Shown here piece by piece: positions 1-8,477 of a DNA stretch of 62,745 nt (its first letter is position 1; every line of letters starts with the position of its first letter). The notes below the pieces were generated by a model. The model saw only the letters and a program-made list of their open reading frames with translations, made no database searches and had not been told where the DNA came from. This stretch comes from Elusimicrobiota bacterium (GTDB taxonomy: Bacteria; Elusimicrobiota; Elusimicrobia; UBA1565; JACRDR01), in contig JBGFSC010000012.1 of assembly GCA_041694815.1 (NCBI GenBank), positions 1-62,745 on the forward strand. Direction: 5' to 3'. The translations under genes and the position numbers were made by a program.

Positions 1-16
1 GGAGTGTCGGCGCCGG

Positions 17-49
17 GGTTTTCATCCCGCCTGCGGCGGGCTGAAAACC
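17..49. repeat. GC-rich stem-loop (GGTTTTCA-TCCCGCC-TGC-GGCGGG-C-TGAAAACC) just inside the putative IS end
   Basis: Inverted repeat read directly; one mismatch in the stem. Confidence 0.6.
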
Positions 50-60
50 TTTAAAACAGG

Positions 61-120
61 GTGTCCACTTTTAAATCGTAAATTCATCAAAAACTGTCCA
101 CTTTTAATTCGTTCCTGACA
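61..120. mobile_element. Terminal inverted repeat of a probable IS21-family element (body lies left of the window)
   Basis: Reverse complement reads TGTCAGGAACGAATTAAAAGTGGACAG...ACGATTTAAAAGTGGACAC: 5'-TG terminus plus two 18-bp direct repeats (62-79, 95-112), as in IS21-family ends; no transposase visible. Confidence 0.55.
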
Positions 121-136
121 TGCCGAGACACCAGCC

Positions 137-168
137 TTGACAAATTAAACCAGTCTGATAAACTAGTT
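137..168 (+). promoter_or_regulatory. Sigma70-type promoter of the TA operon with overlapping operator-like inverted repeat
   Basis: TTGACA 137-142; TG-n-TAAACT (-10 at 159-164); ATG 6 nt later; imperfect IR AACCAGT (148-154)/ACTAGTT (162-168). Confidence 0.65.
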
Positions 169-170
169 GC

Positions 171-431
171 ATGGACCCCAAGGACATCGTCAGTGCATTC
201 GAGGCAAAAACCCATCTCTCCGAGCTCCTGCGCGAAACCGAGCGCGGCCACGCCTATACGATCGAGCGCCGCGGCAAGCCCGTGGCGCGGCTTCTTCCTC
301 CGGCGCCCGCCGCGGGGCCCCGGAATCTCCGGAAGATCGCCGCGGCCCTGGGCGAGCTTCGCCGGCGCATCGCGCGGCGTGGACGGAAGGTGAATATTCG
401 CGAACTCATCGAGGAAGGCCGCCGAGTCTGA
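171..431 (+). CDS. Phd/YefM-family antitoxin
   Basis: 86 aa with EAKTHLSELL...TIERRGKPVARL signature; stop overlaps start of PIN gene. Confidence 0.9.
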   Translation: MDPKDIVSAFEAKTHLSELLRETERGHAYTIERRGKPVARLLPPAPAAGPRNLRKIAAALGELRRRIARRGRKVNIRELIEEGRRV

Positions 432-841
432 TGAGCTTCGTCCTAGACAGCTCGACGGCCCTGGCCTGGGCGCTTCCCGATGAGCGCGCCGGAGACGCCG
501 TGTCGCTTCTGAGCCGCCGCGGCGCGGCCAATGGCCTTTGGGTCCCGGCCCTTTGGTGGTACGAGGTCGCCAACGCCTTAGCCTCAGCCCAGCGCAGGCG
601 TCGCATCACCGAGGCCGAGGGGGCGAGGGTCATCGAGCTCCTGGGCGAGGTCCCGATCAGGACCGATAATCTTCTGGAACCGCACGGGCTGGGCCGGCTG
701 CGAAGCCTGGCCTTGGAGCACGGTCTTTCCGCCTATGACTGCGCCTATCTCGAATTGGCCCAGCGAAAAGGGCTTGCCTTGGCGACTCGCGACGTCCGCT
801 TGGCCGCCGCGGCGTCTAGCTCCGGCGTGGCCGTGCTTTAG
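431..841 (+). CDS. vapC: PIN-domain VapC toxin
   Basis: MSFVLDSS start, EVANAL, LSAYDCAYLELA, LATRD acidic PIN motifs; TGATG coupling at 429-433. Confidence 0.9.
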   Translation: MSFVLDSSTALAWALPDERAGDAVSLLSRRGAANGLWVPALWWYEVANALASAQRRRRITEAEGARVIELLGEVPIRTDNLLEPHGLGRLRSLALEHGLSAYDCAYLELAQRKGLALATRDVRLAAAASSSGVAVL

Positions 842-850
842 GACGGACGA

Positions 851-1645
851 CTATTGGGGGGAAGGTCCCGAAAAAGTGACGACGGTCTTGCGGCGGTCCT
901 TGGCGCGGGCCCGGAAGGCGTAGCGCTCGCGCGTGGCAGCGATCTGAAATCCCTCGAACTCGAAGAGCCCGATCATTCCGTCCCTAAATTGCCCCGGGTC
1001 CCCGCTGGCCGCGGCAAGATCCGCCAGGCTTCTCGTATAGGCGCCGTGCAGCCGCTTATGGCGCTCTTGGGCCATCCCCAGCAGGCGCAGCCCCTCGCGG
1101 GCCTTGGCGACGGCCAAGAGATCCTCGGGGGTGGGGCGCAGGAAAAAGGTCCAGGTCGCCAGCAGCGCCAGCGACAATAAGGCCGCGGCAGATAGCAGCG
1201 CCGAACCGAGCGCCTGGGCCGGAGTCTTTTGGCGGGCCTCCAGGACTAGGCTGCCGGCTAGCCAATCATGCCAGGCGCGGCTGCGCCGGTCGACGATCGC
1301 CCAAAGGAACCCGAGGCTCAGCGGAGTGCTGATTAATAGGCCGGCGGCGCGAAGCACGCTCCTCGCCGCGCCGAGCGGAGCCCCTCCGGGGCCCACGACG
1401 CGCAAGCCGAGCAAACGCTTACCCGGGCTGCCCCCGAAAAAATTCCCGACGGAATGATACAGGACGTAGAGGCAGGTCCAGGCCGCAGCTAGCTCCCAGC
1501 CGGAGAGCGCATACACCCAGGGTCGAGGGTGGAGGATGAGCCAGAAGAAGGAAATATAATAGCCGACGGCGAAAGGAGCGGTGTCGAGAAGATAGGCGAG
1601 GAAACGGTCGGTGATTTTGGCGACAGGCGCGCCCGGAGCCGACAT
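851..1645 (-). CDS. RDD-family membrane protein with C-terminal pilin-like extracytoplasmic domain
   Basis: RFLAYLLD, SPGKRLLGLRVV, RAWHDWLAGS RDD motifs; start placed at 1645, 7 nt after TACCAT. Confidence 0.8.
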   Translation of the reverse strand: MSAPGAPVAKITDRFLAYLLDTAPFAVGYYISFFWLILHPRPWVYALSGWELAAAWTCLYVLYHSVGNFFGGSPGKRLLGLRVVGPGGAPLGAARSVLRAAGLLISTPLSLGFLWAIVDRRSRAWHDWLAGSLVLEARQKTPAQALGSALLSAAALLSLALLATWTFFLRPTPEDLLAVAKAREGLRLLGMAQERHKRLHGAYTRSLADLAAASGDPGQFRDGMIGLFEFEGFQIAATRERYAFRARAKDRRKTVVTFSGPSPQ

Positions 1646-1689
1646 TGGATTCATGGTATAAATTTTTGATTCAATGATTGAGGACTCCC

Positions 1690-2517
1690 ATGTGTCGCCT
1701 TTTCGGCCAGATCGATGTGCGGCCCGCCGCGGCGGCCGATTTTCTCGCGCGCTCCCCTAGGTCCCTCCTGGTCCTCAGCGATGCCGACCCCCGCAAACCG
1801 CAGGGAGACGGTTGGGGGATCGCTTATTTCAACGGCGGCGCGCGCGTCGTCAAAAGCCCGAAGCCTATTTTTCAGGAAAAGCGGCGCTTCGCGGAGCTCG
1901 CCGCGGGGCTGCGCTCGCGCGTGCTCATCGGCCATATCCGCGCCGCCTCCAACCCCAACGGCTTGGCGCCGCGCCGGCTCATCGGCGCCGAGAACACGCA
2001 GCCCTTTACCGACGGCCGCTGGGCCTTCGCCCATAACGGCACCCTCGAGATTCCCCGCGAGGTGGCGAAATTCCTGGGCTCCTACCGCAAGAAAATCCGC
2101 GGCGTCAACGACAGCGAAGTGTTCTTTTGGCAGCTCATGAAATTCGTCGACGCCTACGGCAGCGTCCCGGAGGCCTTCAAAGCCTGCATCCGCGAGACCT
2201 GGGGGATATGGAAAGGGTGCCGGGCGCGCTACCCGAAAAAGAAGGCCCCTTACACGGGGCTCAACGCACTCTTAAGCGATGGGAGCTCCCTCTACGCGCT
2301 TTCCCATTATCCGTCGCGTCCCGGCTCCCGGGCCCTATGCGGCGCCCAGCCCTGGGGAACGATGAGCCTGGCCCGCCGGGGCTCCCGGCTCGTCGTAGCC
2401 AGCGAGGACATGGATTCGGGCTCCTGGCAGCGACTGCCCGGCCCCCAAATCGTCTCGGCGATCATCGAGAACGGCCGGTTGATGGTGAGGCGCCAGTCCT
2501 TCAAGGTCGACGGCTAA
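1690..2517 (+). CDS. Class II glutamine amidotransferase (YafJ/EgtC-like Ntn hydrolase)
   Basis: MCRLFG N-terminal Cys nucleophile, DGWG, HIRAAS, NTQPF, HNG, DSE; GAGGA RBS. Confidence 0.88.
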   Translation: MCRLFGQIDVRPAAAADFLARSPRSLLVLSDADPRKPQGDGWGIAYFNGGARVVKSPKPIFQEKRRFAELAAGLRSRVLIGHIRAASNPNGLAPRRLIGAENTQPFTDGRWAFAHNGTLEIPREVAKFLGSYRKKIRGVNDSEVFFWQLMKFVDAYGSVPEAFKACIRETWGIWKGCRARYPKKKAPYTGLNALLSDGSSLYALSHYPSRPGSRALCGAQPWGTMSLARRGSRLVVASEDMDSGSWQRLPGPQIVSAIIENGRLMVRRQSFKVDG

Positions 2518-3101
2518 TGAGGCTGCTTCTCGTGTTGACGGCGATCGTCTCGGGCCTATGGCTGTACCAGCGCCAGAACCGGAAAGCGGCTCCCCCGCCG
2601 CCCCCTCCGCCCGCCGCGGAGGCCCCGACGCCCTTGCTCAAGCCCGAGGACATGGCGAGGGTCAAGGAGGCTACCCGGGACCCGGACCAGAACGTACGCT
2701 GGGAGGCGGCCCAATTCCTCGTCCGCCTCAATCATGCGGAGGCCGACGCAATCCTTTTCGGGATGCTCGGCCGCGACGACCAGGCCGAGCTGCGCGCCCG
2801 CGTCGCTGGCCTCATCGCCAATCGCAGGGGCCCCCAGGCCTCGCAAGCCCTGGTGGGAGCCCTCAAGGACATCGAACCGAGCGTTCGCGCGGCGGCGCTG
2901 CGCGCCTTGGCCAAGGTCGGCGATTACGGCACCGCCACCGCCGTCAGCGAGGCACTGCGCGACCCGGACGAGGCGGTGCGCCTGGAGGCCGTCCGCTGCC
3001 TCAACGCCATGCAGGACCGGAAAAACGAGGAGGCACGCCAGAACCAGTTGCGCCAAGAAGAGCTGCGCCGCAAAGCCGAGGAGGAAAGCCGCCGGCGATG
3101 A
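2517..3101 (+). CDS. Membrane-anchored HEAT-repeat protein
   Basis: N-terminal hydrophobic helix, poly-Pro linker, repeated D.d..VR..A...L units; TAATG coupling. Confidence 0.8.
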   Translation: MRLLLVLTAIVSGLWLYQRQNRKAAPPPPPPPAAEAPTPLLKPEDMARVKEATRDPDQNVRWEAAQFLVRLNHAEADAILFGMLGRDDQAELRARVAGLIANRRGPQASQALVGALKDIEPSVRAAALRALAKVGDYGTATAVSEALRDPDEAVRLEAVRCLNAMQDRKNEEARQNQLRQEELRRKAEEESRRR

Positions 3102-3706
3102 TCGGAAGACTCTTCTTGGTCGCGGCGGCCGCCGCCGGGGCTTTCTTGGTCTTCCGCCTTCAGCGCCATCAAGCGCAGCCCCCGCCTCCCGCGGTCGCGA
3201 CCCAGCCGCTGCCGGCGCTAAGCGAGGCCGAGCTCCGCAAGATTCGCGCCTCGACCCAGGATATCGACCCCAAGGTCCGATGGGCGGCGATCGAGCTGCT
3301 CTACCGGCTCAAGGATCCAGCCGTCGATCGAATGGTGGCCGACATCCTGGCCGTCGACTCCGATTCGCAGGTGCGCCGGCAGGTCGTCGACATGCTCAAG
3401 CAGGGGCACGAGCCTTCCAACGCGAAAAACCTGGCGCTGGCCCTTAAGGACGGCGAGAAGGAAGTGCGCATCGCGGCCCTGTTGGCGCTGGGAGAGCTGG
3501 GCGATTCCCGCTACGCGCCAGCCATCGCCGAGATGCTCAAGGATTACGAACCGGACGTCCGCATGCAGGCCCTGCGGACGATGGGACGGCTACAAGAGCG
3601 CCGCCAGGCTGAATACCAGGCCCTGGCGGCGAAACTCAAAGCCGAGTATGAGCGCAACGCACGTTCCGGAAAGCCGCAGCTCAAAGACATCCGCCTGGCG
3701 CAATAA
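3098..3706 (+). CDS. Membrane-anchored HEAT-repeat protein (paralog of the preceding gene)
   Basis: Same layout (TM, PPPP, DIDPKVRWAA, LKDGEKEVRIAA, LKDYEPDVRMQA); ATGA overlap. Confidence 0.8.
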   Translation: MIGRLFLVAAAAAGAFLVFRLQRHQAQPPPPAVATQPLPALSEAELRKIRASTQDIDPKVRWAAIELLYRLKDPAVDRMVADILAVDSDSQVRRQVVDMLKQGHEPSNAKNLALALKDGEKEVRIAALLALGELGDSRYAPAIAEMLKDYEPDVRMQALRTMGRLQERRQAEYQALAAKLKAEYERNARSGKPQLKDIRLAQ

Positions 3707-3718
3707 CAAGAGGAGACC

Positions 3719-4708
3719 ATGGCTTTAGAAATCCGCGAGATCAACAAGAAGGTTCAACAGGAGTCGCTGTTCATCCAAGAGCTCAAAAAAGAGATATCCA
3801 AGGTCATCGTGGGCCAGGAGGAACTGCTCCAGAAAATACTCATCGGCCTGCTGGCCGATGGACACCTGCTGCTGGAGGGGGTTCCTGGCCTAGCCAAAAC
3901 CCTCACGGTTAAGACCCTGGCCCAGGCCATCGACGCCGATTTCTCGCGCATCCAATTTACCCCCGACCTACTTCCCGCCGACCTGACGGGCACACTCATC
4001 TTTAGCCCGAAGGACCAGAGCTTCAGCGTACGAAAGGGGCCGCTCTTCGCCAATCTCGTGCTCGCCGACGAGATAAACCGGGCTCCGGCCAAGGTTCAGT
4101 CGGCGCTGCTGGAGGCGATGCAGGAGCACCAGATCACGATCGCGGACAGCACCTATCCGCTTCCGGAGCTGTTCTTGGTGCTCGCCACCCAAAATCCCAT
4201 CGAGCAGGAGGGGACCTATCCCCTGCCCGAGGCGCAGGTGGACCGCTTCATGCTCAAGCTCAAGGTCAGCTACCCGAAGAAGGAGGAGGAGCGACTGATC
4301 CTCGAGCGCATGGCATTGGATAAGCCTTCCGCGCCCGCGCGCGTCATCGACCCGAAACAGATCCTCCACGCGAGGAGCGTCGTGCGGGACATCTACGTCG
4401 ACGAGAAGATCAAGGGCTACATCCTCGACATCGTATTCGCGACGCGCGACCCCCAGGCCTACAAGCTCGCCAACCTCAAGCCCTTAATCGCCTACGGGGC
4501 CAGCCCCCGCGCGACGATCTTCCTCGCCACGGCGGCCAAGGCGCTGGCCTTCCTCAACGGGCGCGGCTACGTGACCCCCGAGGACGTCAAGTCCATCGGG
4601 ACGGACGTGCTGCGCCACCGCGTGCTGGTCAGCTACGAGGCCGAGGCCGAGAACGTCGGCTCGGAAGAGATCGTCCGGACGATATTCGAGACCATCGAAG
4701 TGCCTTGA
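3719..4708 (+). CDS. moxR: MoxR-family AAA+ ATPase
   Basis: EGVPGLAKT, RIQFTPDLLPAD, DEINRA, NPIEQEGTYPLPEAQVDRF. Confidence 0.95.
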   Translation: MALEIREINKKVQQESLFIQELKKEISKVIVGQEELLQKILIGLLADGHLLLEGVPGLAKTLTVKTLAQAIDADFSRIQFTPDLLPADLTGTLIFSPKDQSFSVRKGPLFANLVLADEINRAPAKVQSALLEAMQEHQITIADSTYPLPELFLVLATQNPIEQEGTYPLPEAQVDRFMLKLKVSYPKKEEERLILERMALDKPSAPARVIDPKQILHARSVVRDIYVDEKIKGYILDIVFATRDPQAYKLANLKPLIAYGASPRATIFLATAAKALAFLNGRGYVTPEDVKSIGTDVLRHRVLVSYEAEAENVGSEEIVRTIFETIEVP

Positions 4709-5586
4709 TCCCCTCCGAGATCCTAGCCCAGGTCCGGCGCATCGAGATCCGCACCGGCCGCCTCGTCACCGAGACCTTCGCCGGCCAGTACCTGAGCGTC
4801 TTCAAGGGGCGCGGCATGGAATTCTCCGAGGTGCGCGAGTACAATCCGGGCGACGACATCCGCGCGATCGACTGGAACGTCACCGCCAGGACCGGGCGGC
4901 CCCATGTCCGGCGTTACCAAGAAGAGCGCGAGCTGACCGCGCTCATCGCCTGCGACCTCTCGGGCTCCCAATTCTTCGGCACTGCCTCCAAGTTCAAGCA
5001 GGAGGTCTCCGCCGAGATCGCCGCGATCCTGGCCTTCGCCGCCATGCAGAACAACGACAAGGTAGGGCTCTACCTCTTCACGGAGGAGACCGAGCTGTTC
5101 CTGCCGCCCAAGAAAGGCCGGCGGCACATCCTTTCCCTGATCCGTGACCTGCTCGCGTTCAAGCCCCGGCGACGGGGGACGGCCATCGGCCGATGCCTCG
5201 ACACCCTCAACCGCATCCACAAGCGCCGCAGCATCCTGTTCTTGATCTCGGATTTCCAAGACAGCGGCTACGCGGGCAGCCTCCGCCGGGCCGCGCGCAA
5301 GCATGATCTGGTGCCGATCCTCATCGAGGACCCGCGCGAGAGCGAATGGCCGTCCATCCCCGCGTGGGTGGAAATCGTCGACCCCGAGAGCTCCGGCCGC
5401 GCGCTGCTCAACGCGGGCTCCGAGAGCGTGCGCCGGGCCCTCGAAGAGCGGCGCCGATCGAGGCTGCGGGAGCTCGACGAGGCGCTGCAGAAGGCCGGCC
5501 TCTCCGGCATCCGCATCCGCACGGACAGGCCCTACATCGATCCGATCGTGCGCTTCTTCGACGAGCGCGCCAAGAGGATGCGATGA
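4705..5586 (+). CDS. DUF58 (VWA-like) protein
   Basis: GRGMEFSEVREYNPGDDIRAIDWNVTAR; DLSGS; ISDF; follows moxR. Confidence 0.93.
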   Translation: MIPSEILAQVRRIEIRTGRLVTETFAGQYLSVFKGRGMEFSEVREYNPGDDIRAIDWNVTARTGRPHVRRYQEERELTALIACDLSGSQFFGTASKFKQEVSAEIAAILAFAAMQNNDKVGLYLFTEETELFLPPKKGRRHILSLIRDLLAFKPRRRGTAIGRCLDTLNRIHKRRSILFLISDFQDSGYAGSLRRAARKHDLVPILIEDPRESEWPSIPAWVEIVDPESSGRALLNAGSESVRRALEERRRSRLRELDEALQKAGLSGIRIRTDRPYIDPIVRFFDERAKRMR

Positions 5587-6470
5587 AATGGCTCGCCGCG
5601 GGGCTCCTCACCTGCTTCGCCCAGGCGCCCTCCTCTTTCGAGCTCCGCCCTCCGGCCGCCGCCGTCATGATCGGCTCTCCGGTGGAATTGGAGGGCGTCG
5701 TCCGCTACCCTGAGAAATACGAGCTCTCCTTGGACCTGCGCGAGCCGACGACCGGCGCCTTCGAGATACTGGGTACGGATCTGTCGGAACCCGAACGGCA
5801 AGGGGGAATGAAGGTGCAGCGGCTCAAGCTCAAGATCGCCGCCTTCGAGCTCGGCGCGCTCACCCTGCCGCCCCTTTCCTGGAGGCTGACGGCCCACGAC
5901 TCGAGCGATTCGATACAGAGCCCGCCCGTCAAGTTGGAAGCTGTCGGCCCCTCGGCCGGCCCCGAGTCGGACATCCGAGACATCAAGCCCCCGCTGGGCC
6001 CGCCGCTGTCCGCGCTGATTCTTCCGCTCTTGGCGCTCGCGGCCTTAATCGGCGCCGGCGCGCATTATTACCGCCGGCGGATTCGCCCGCTCCAGGCGAC
6101 TGCCGCGAATGCCGCCGACACCCGCCTGCCGCATGAGAGGGCCTTGGACGCACTAAAGGCTCTCGCGGAAGCCGACTTGCCCGTGAAGGAGTACTATGAC
6201 CGCCTCTCCGACATTCTCCGAGCTTATTTAGAACAGCGTTTCCAGATTCCGGCCCTTTTTCTGACTACCTCGGACCTTCTGAGGCATATGCGCCAGTCCG
6301 AGATCGATCGAGGCGTGACGCTCCGCTGCCGGGAGCTCTTCGATCGCTGCGATCTGGCCAAATTCGCGCGTCACGCCCCGCAGCCTTCAGAGCGCGGGGA
6401 AGACTTAAATGTCGCGATTTCGATCATCCATGACACCGCTCCTGTGCCCCCTCCAATGGAAGCGGTTTGA
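5583..6470 (+). CDS. Bat-operon membrane protein (BatD-like/DUF4381-type)
   Basis: Signal peptide, DIRDIKPP, TM helix, YYDRLSDILRAYLEQRF and DLAKFA motifs typical of the gene after DUF58. Confidence 0.75.
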   Translation: MKWLAAGLLTCFAQAPSSFELRPPAAAVMIGSPVELEGVVRYPEKYELSLDLREPTTGAFEILGTDLSEPERQGGMKVQRLKLKIAAFELGALTLPPLSWRLTAHDSSDSIQSPPVKLEAVGPSAGPESDIRDIKPPLGPPLSALILPLLALAALIGAGAHYYRRRIRPLQATAANAADTRLPHERALDALKALAEADLPVKEYYDRLSDILRAYLEQRFQIPALFLTTSDLLRHMRQSEIDRGVTLRCRELFDRCDLAKFARHAPQPSERGEDLNVAISIIHDTAPVPPPMEAV

Positions 6471-6499
6471 ACGTGGCGAACCGAAGGGCCTAGAACGCC

Positions 6500-6567
6500 T
6501 AGGCCCAAAGACCACGATTGGCCTGGGCCTTAAGCTCCTTTTGATAATTTATCGCAGCCGTTATAAT
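6500..6567 (+). promoter_or_regulatory. Promoter with two upstream GGGNC-N4-GNCC-like boxes and TATAAT
   Basis: TAGGCCCAAAGACC (6500), TGGGCCTTAAGCTCC (6524), TATAAT 6562-6567. Confidence 0.45.
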
Positions 6568-6605
6568 CCTTGACACAGCAGCGTCGTGATAAATGAGGTG
6601 ATGGA

Positions 6606-7235
6606 ATGATTCGAATGCGTCTTCGATCGTCCTTAGCTGCGATCATCTTTTCGATTCCAATGCTCCTATCCTTGAGCCTTCCTGCCGGAGCCGTTGACCT
6701 TGATCAGGGGGACAATCTCTGGAATATGCTTGAACGAGCCGAACTCGATGTGGCCATCAACAGGAATTTCCGCTCTTCGATCACTATCGTAATTAGCGAG
6801 ACCGACTTTGATGCTCGCTTGATGCGATTCGCACCAAACCGCTACGCTGGCATCCAGGAATTCACCCTCAGGGAAGGCGAGCATAAACGGCTAGATTTCG
6901 ACCTGTTTTCAGGAATGAACGGATTCCTTGCGGAGTTTAAATATCGCCTATCGATCCGCGTTACACTAAAGACCGCTTATAATGGATATCGTGGACCCAT
7001 GCAGGTTATTACCCTAGAACCGTTGGAGCTAAATACCGGAGAATCGATTTCGGAGATCACGATTGACCCTCCGCAACGCTATCTGGGACCCGATGACAAG
7101 CATAACGTCGGCATGGTAAAGGTCCAAACTCCAAAAAATATTTTATTCTTTTTTAAGTTGACGCTTTTACCCCCGCAACCCATCGATAAGTACAACGTTT
7201 CTGCTGATCAACCGCCAGGATCCGAAGGGCATTAA
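6606..7235 (+). CDS. Hypothetical secreted protein (AT-richer)
   Basis: 209-aa ORF, GAGGTG RBS, signal peptide ending LPAGA. Confidence 0.65.
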   Translation: MIRMRLRSSLAAIIFSIPMLLSLSLPAGAVDLDQGDNLWNMLERAELDVAINRNFRSSITIVISETDFDARLMRFAPNRYAGIQEFTLREGEHKRLDFDLFSGMNGFLAEFKYRLSIRVTLKTAYNGYRGPMQVITLEPLELNTGESISEITIDPPQRYLGPDDKHNVGMVKVQTPKNILFFFKLTLLPPQPIDKYNVSADQPPGSEGH

Positions 7236-7601
7236 GCGGAAGGTACGCCCGGATAGGATCACGGCTCCAATTCCGCCCGTAAATCCTTCATAAGAAGAAT
7301 AGTTCGAATTCGTCGATCTGAGATCGCTCGAACCAGTATTTTCTTGCCAAAATAAAAAGAACGCTGAGACCCTAGCATGGTCGCCGGACATTTCGTGACT
7401 TTGGAAACAAAAAATGTCGTCAGAACAAGCGGAATTCAACTATTAGTCTCAGCGTTGAGACTAAAAACGAAATTGTCTTTGAAACATCGTTATTTTTCGT
7501 TGCACAGGTCACGGACTTTTCTGTGGATAACTCAGCAAAACCGTCAAGAGCAGGGCTAGAGACCCCGTCCCAGCGTTATTGTCGATAATCCAAAATGGCG
7601 A

Positions 7602-8357
7602 TCAGGGAACGTTAAAGGCGGCCCAAAGAACGTTTGGATTATGAAGCAAACCTTGCAGGAAGCGGGCCTTCGCGGAAAGGATGACTCCGTTAAATGCAGT
7701 GTGCTGGATGGTAAAATACTCAATATGCGCTGGCTTCTGCCCAGCCCATTCGGTTGTATGTTTTATAGCCCGACGCACTTCATTGGGCCCGGCCCAGAAC
7801 GTGACCGTGACGCTGGGAAGATTTTCGTCATCTCGCATGTTTTGTAAGGCTGCTTTTAAGGCGTGTTGAATCTCGGCTTTTTCCTGGATCACGACGTCGA
7901 TTCCGAATAATTTATGCTTTCGCATCTCCAGCCCATATTTCAAATTGCGAATAAGATCACTTCTCCGCTCCCAGGGCGTCGCACCCTGCCAGGGAATCCA
8001 AAATACCAGGTGTCCATCTCGGATCAATGCTCCGATTGTTGTTTGATAATCTTGCGCAAGCGCTTGGATGCACGGCGTTAGAGTTGTCGACAGCTGTTTG
8101 GAGTCAAGACTTAAACTCGGAACGTTATCGACCTCGCATTGTGGAATTTGAAAAGCGTCCTTTGCCACAGCCGAAGCAGGTTCAGGGAGCTTGAATTCGG
8201 TGGAATCGGAATCAAGGTCTGAGCAGCCGCCCAAGGGGTCCCAGCATGGCGGACTACTAGGGCCGCTAGAACTGGGGCCCTGCGACCAAGGAACGACGTC
8301 GCCTGCCCGAGCAAGCGGAGAAAGGGAAAATATTAGTGCAAGGATTATTTTGTTCAT
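7602..8357 (-). CDS. Hypothetical secreted protein; C-terminus resembles a subtilase propeptide/I9 inhibitor fold
   Basis: MNKIILALIFSLSPLARA signal peptide; C-terminal AFNGVILSA...LLHNPNVLW; TATAAT 7 nt before ATG. Confidence 0.6.
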   Translation of the reverse strand: MNKIILALIFSLSPLARAGDVVPWSQGPSSSGPSSPPCWDPLGGCSDLDSDSTEFKLPEPASAVAKDAFQIPQCEVDNVPSLSLDSKQLSTTLTPCIQALAQDYQTTIGALIRDGHLVFWIPWQGATPWERRSDLIRNLKYGLEMRKHKLFGIDVVIQEKAEIQHALKAALQNMRDDENLPSVTVTFWAGPNEVRRAIKHTTEWAGQKPAHIEYFTIQHTAFNGVILSAKARFLQGLLHNPNVLWAAFNVP

Positions 8358-8477
8358 GGCCGGAATTATAGAAGGACAGGACTGAAATAACCAAGAGACT
8401 CAGGGCCTATGGGGCTGTGGGCCCTACGTTCCCCCTTATACGCTGAGCTCGATTCCTTAATATGGTAAACTAAACGC

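Noticed and set aside
2590..2615. CCG-rich tract as a DNA repeat
   Set aside because: It simply encodes the poly-proline linker of the HEAT protein
7522..7530. Perfect DnaA box (TGTGGATAA) as a possible oriC
   Set aside because: Single box, no dnaA/dnaN nearby, and gene orientation points to a terminus in this window
7167..7559. Short ORFs 7167-7439(-) and 7377-7559(+)
   Set aside because: No RBS or promoter support, no motifs, and they overlap each other
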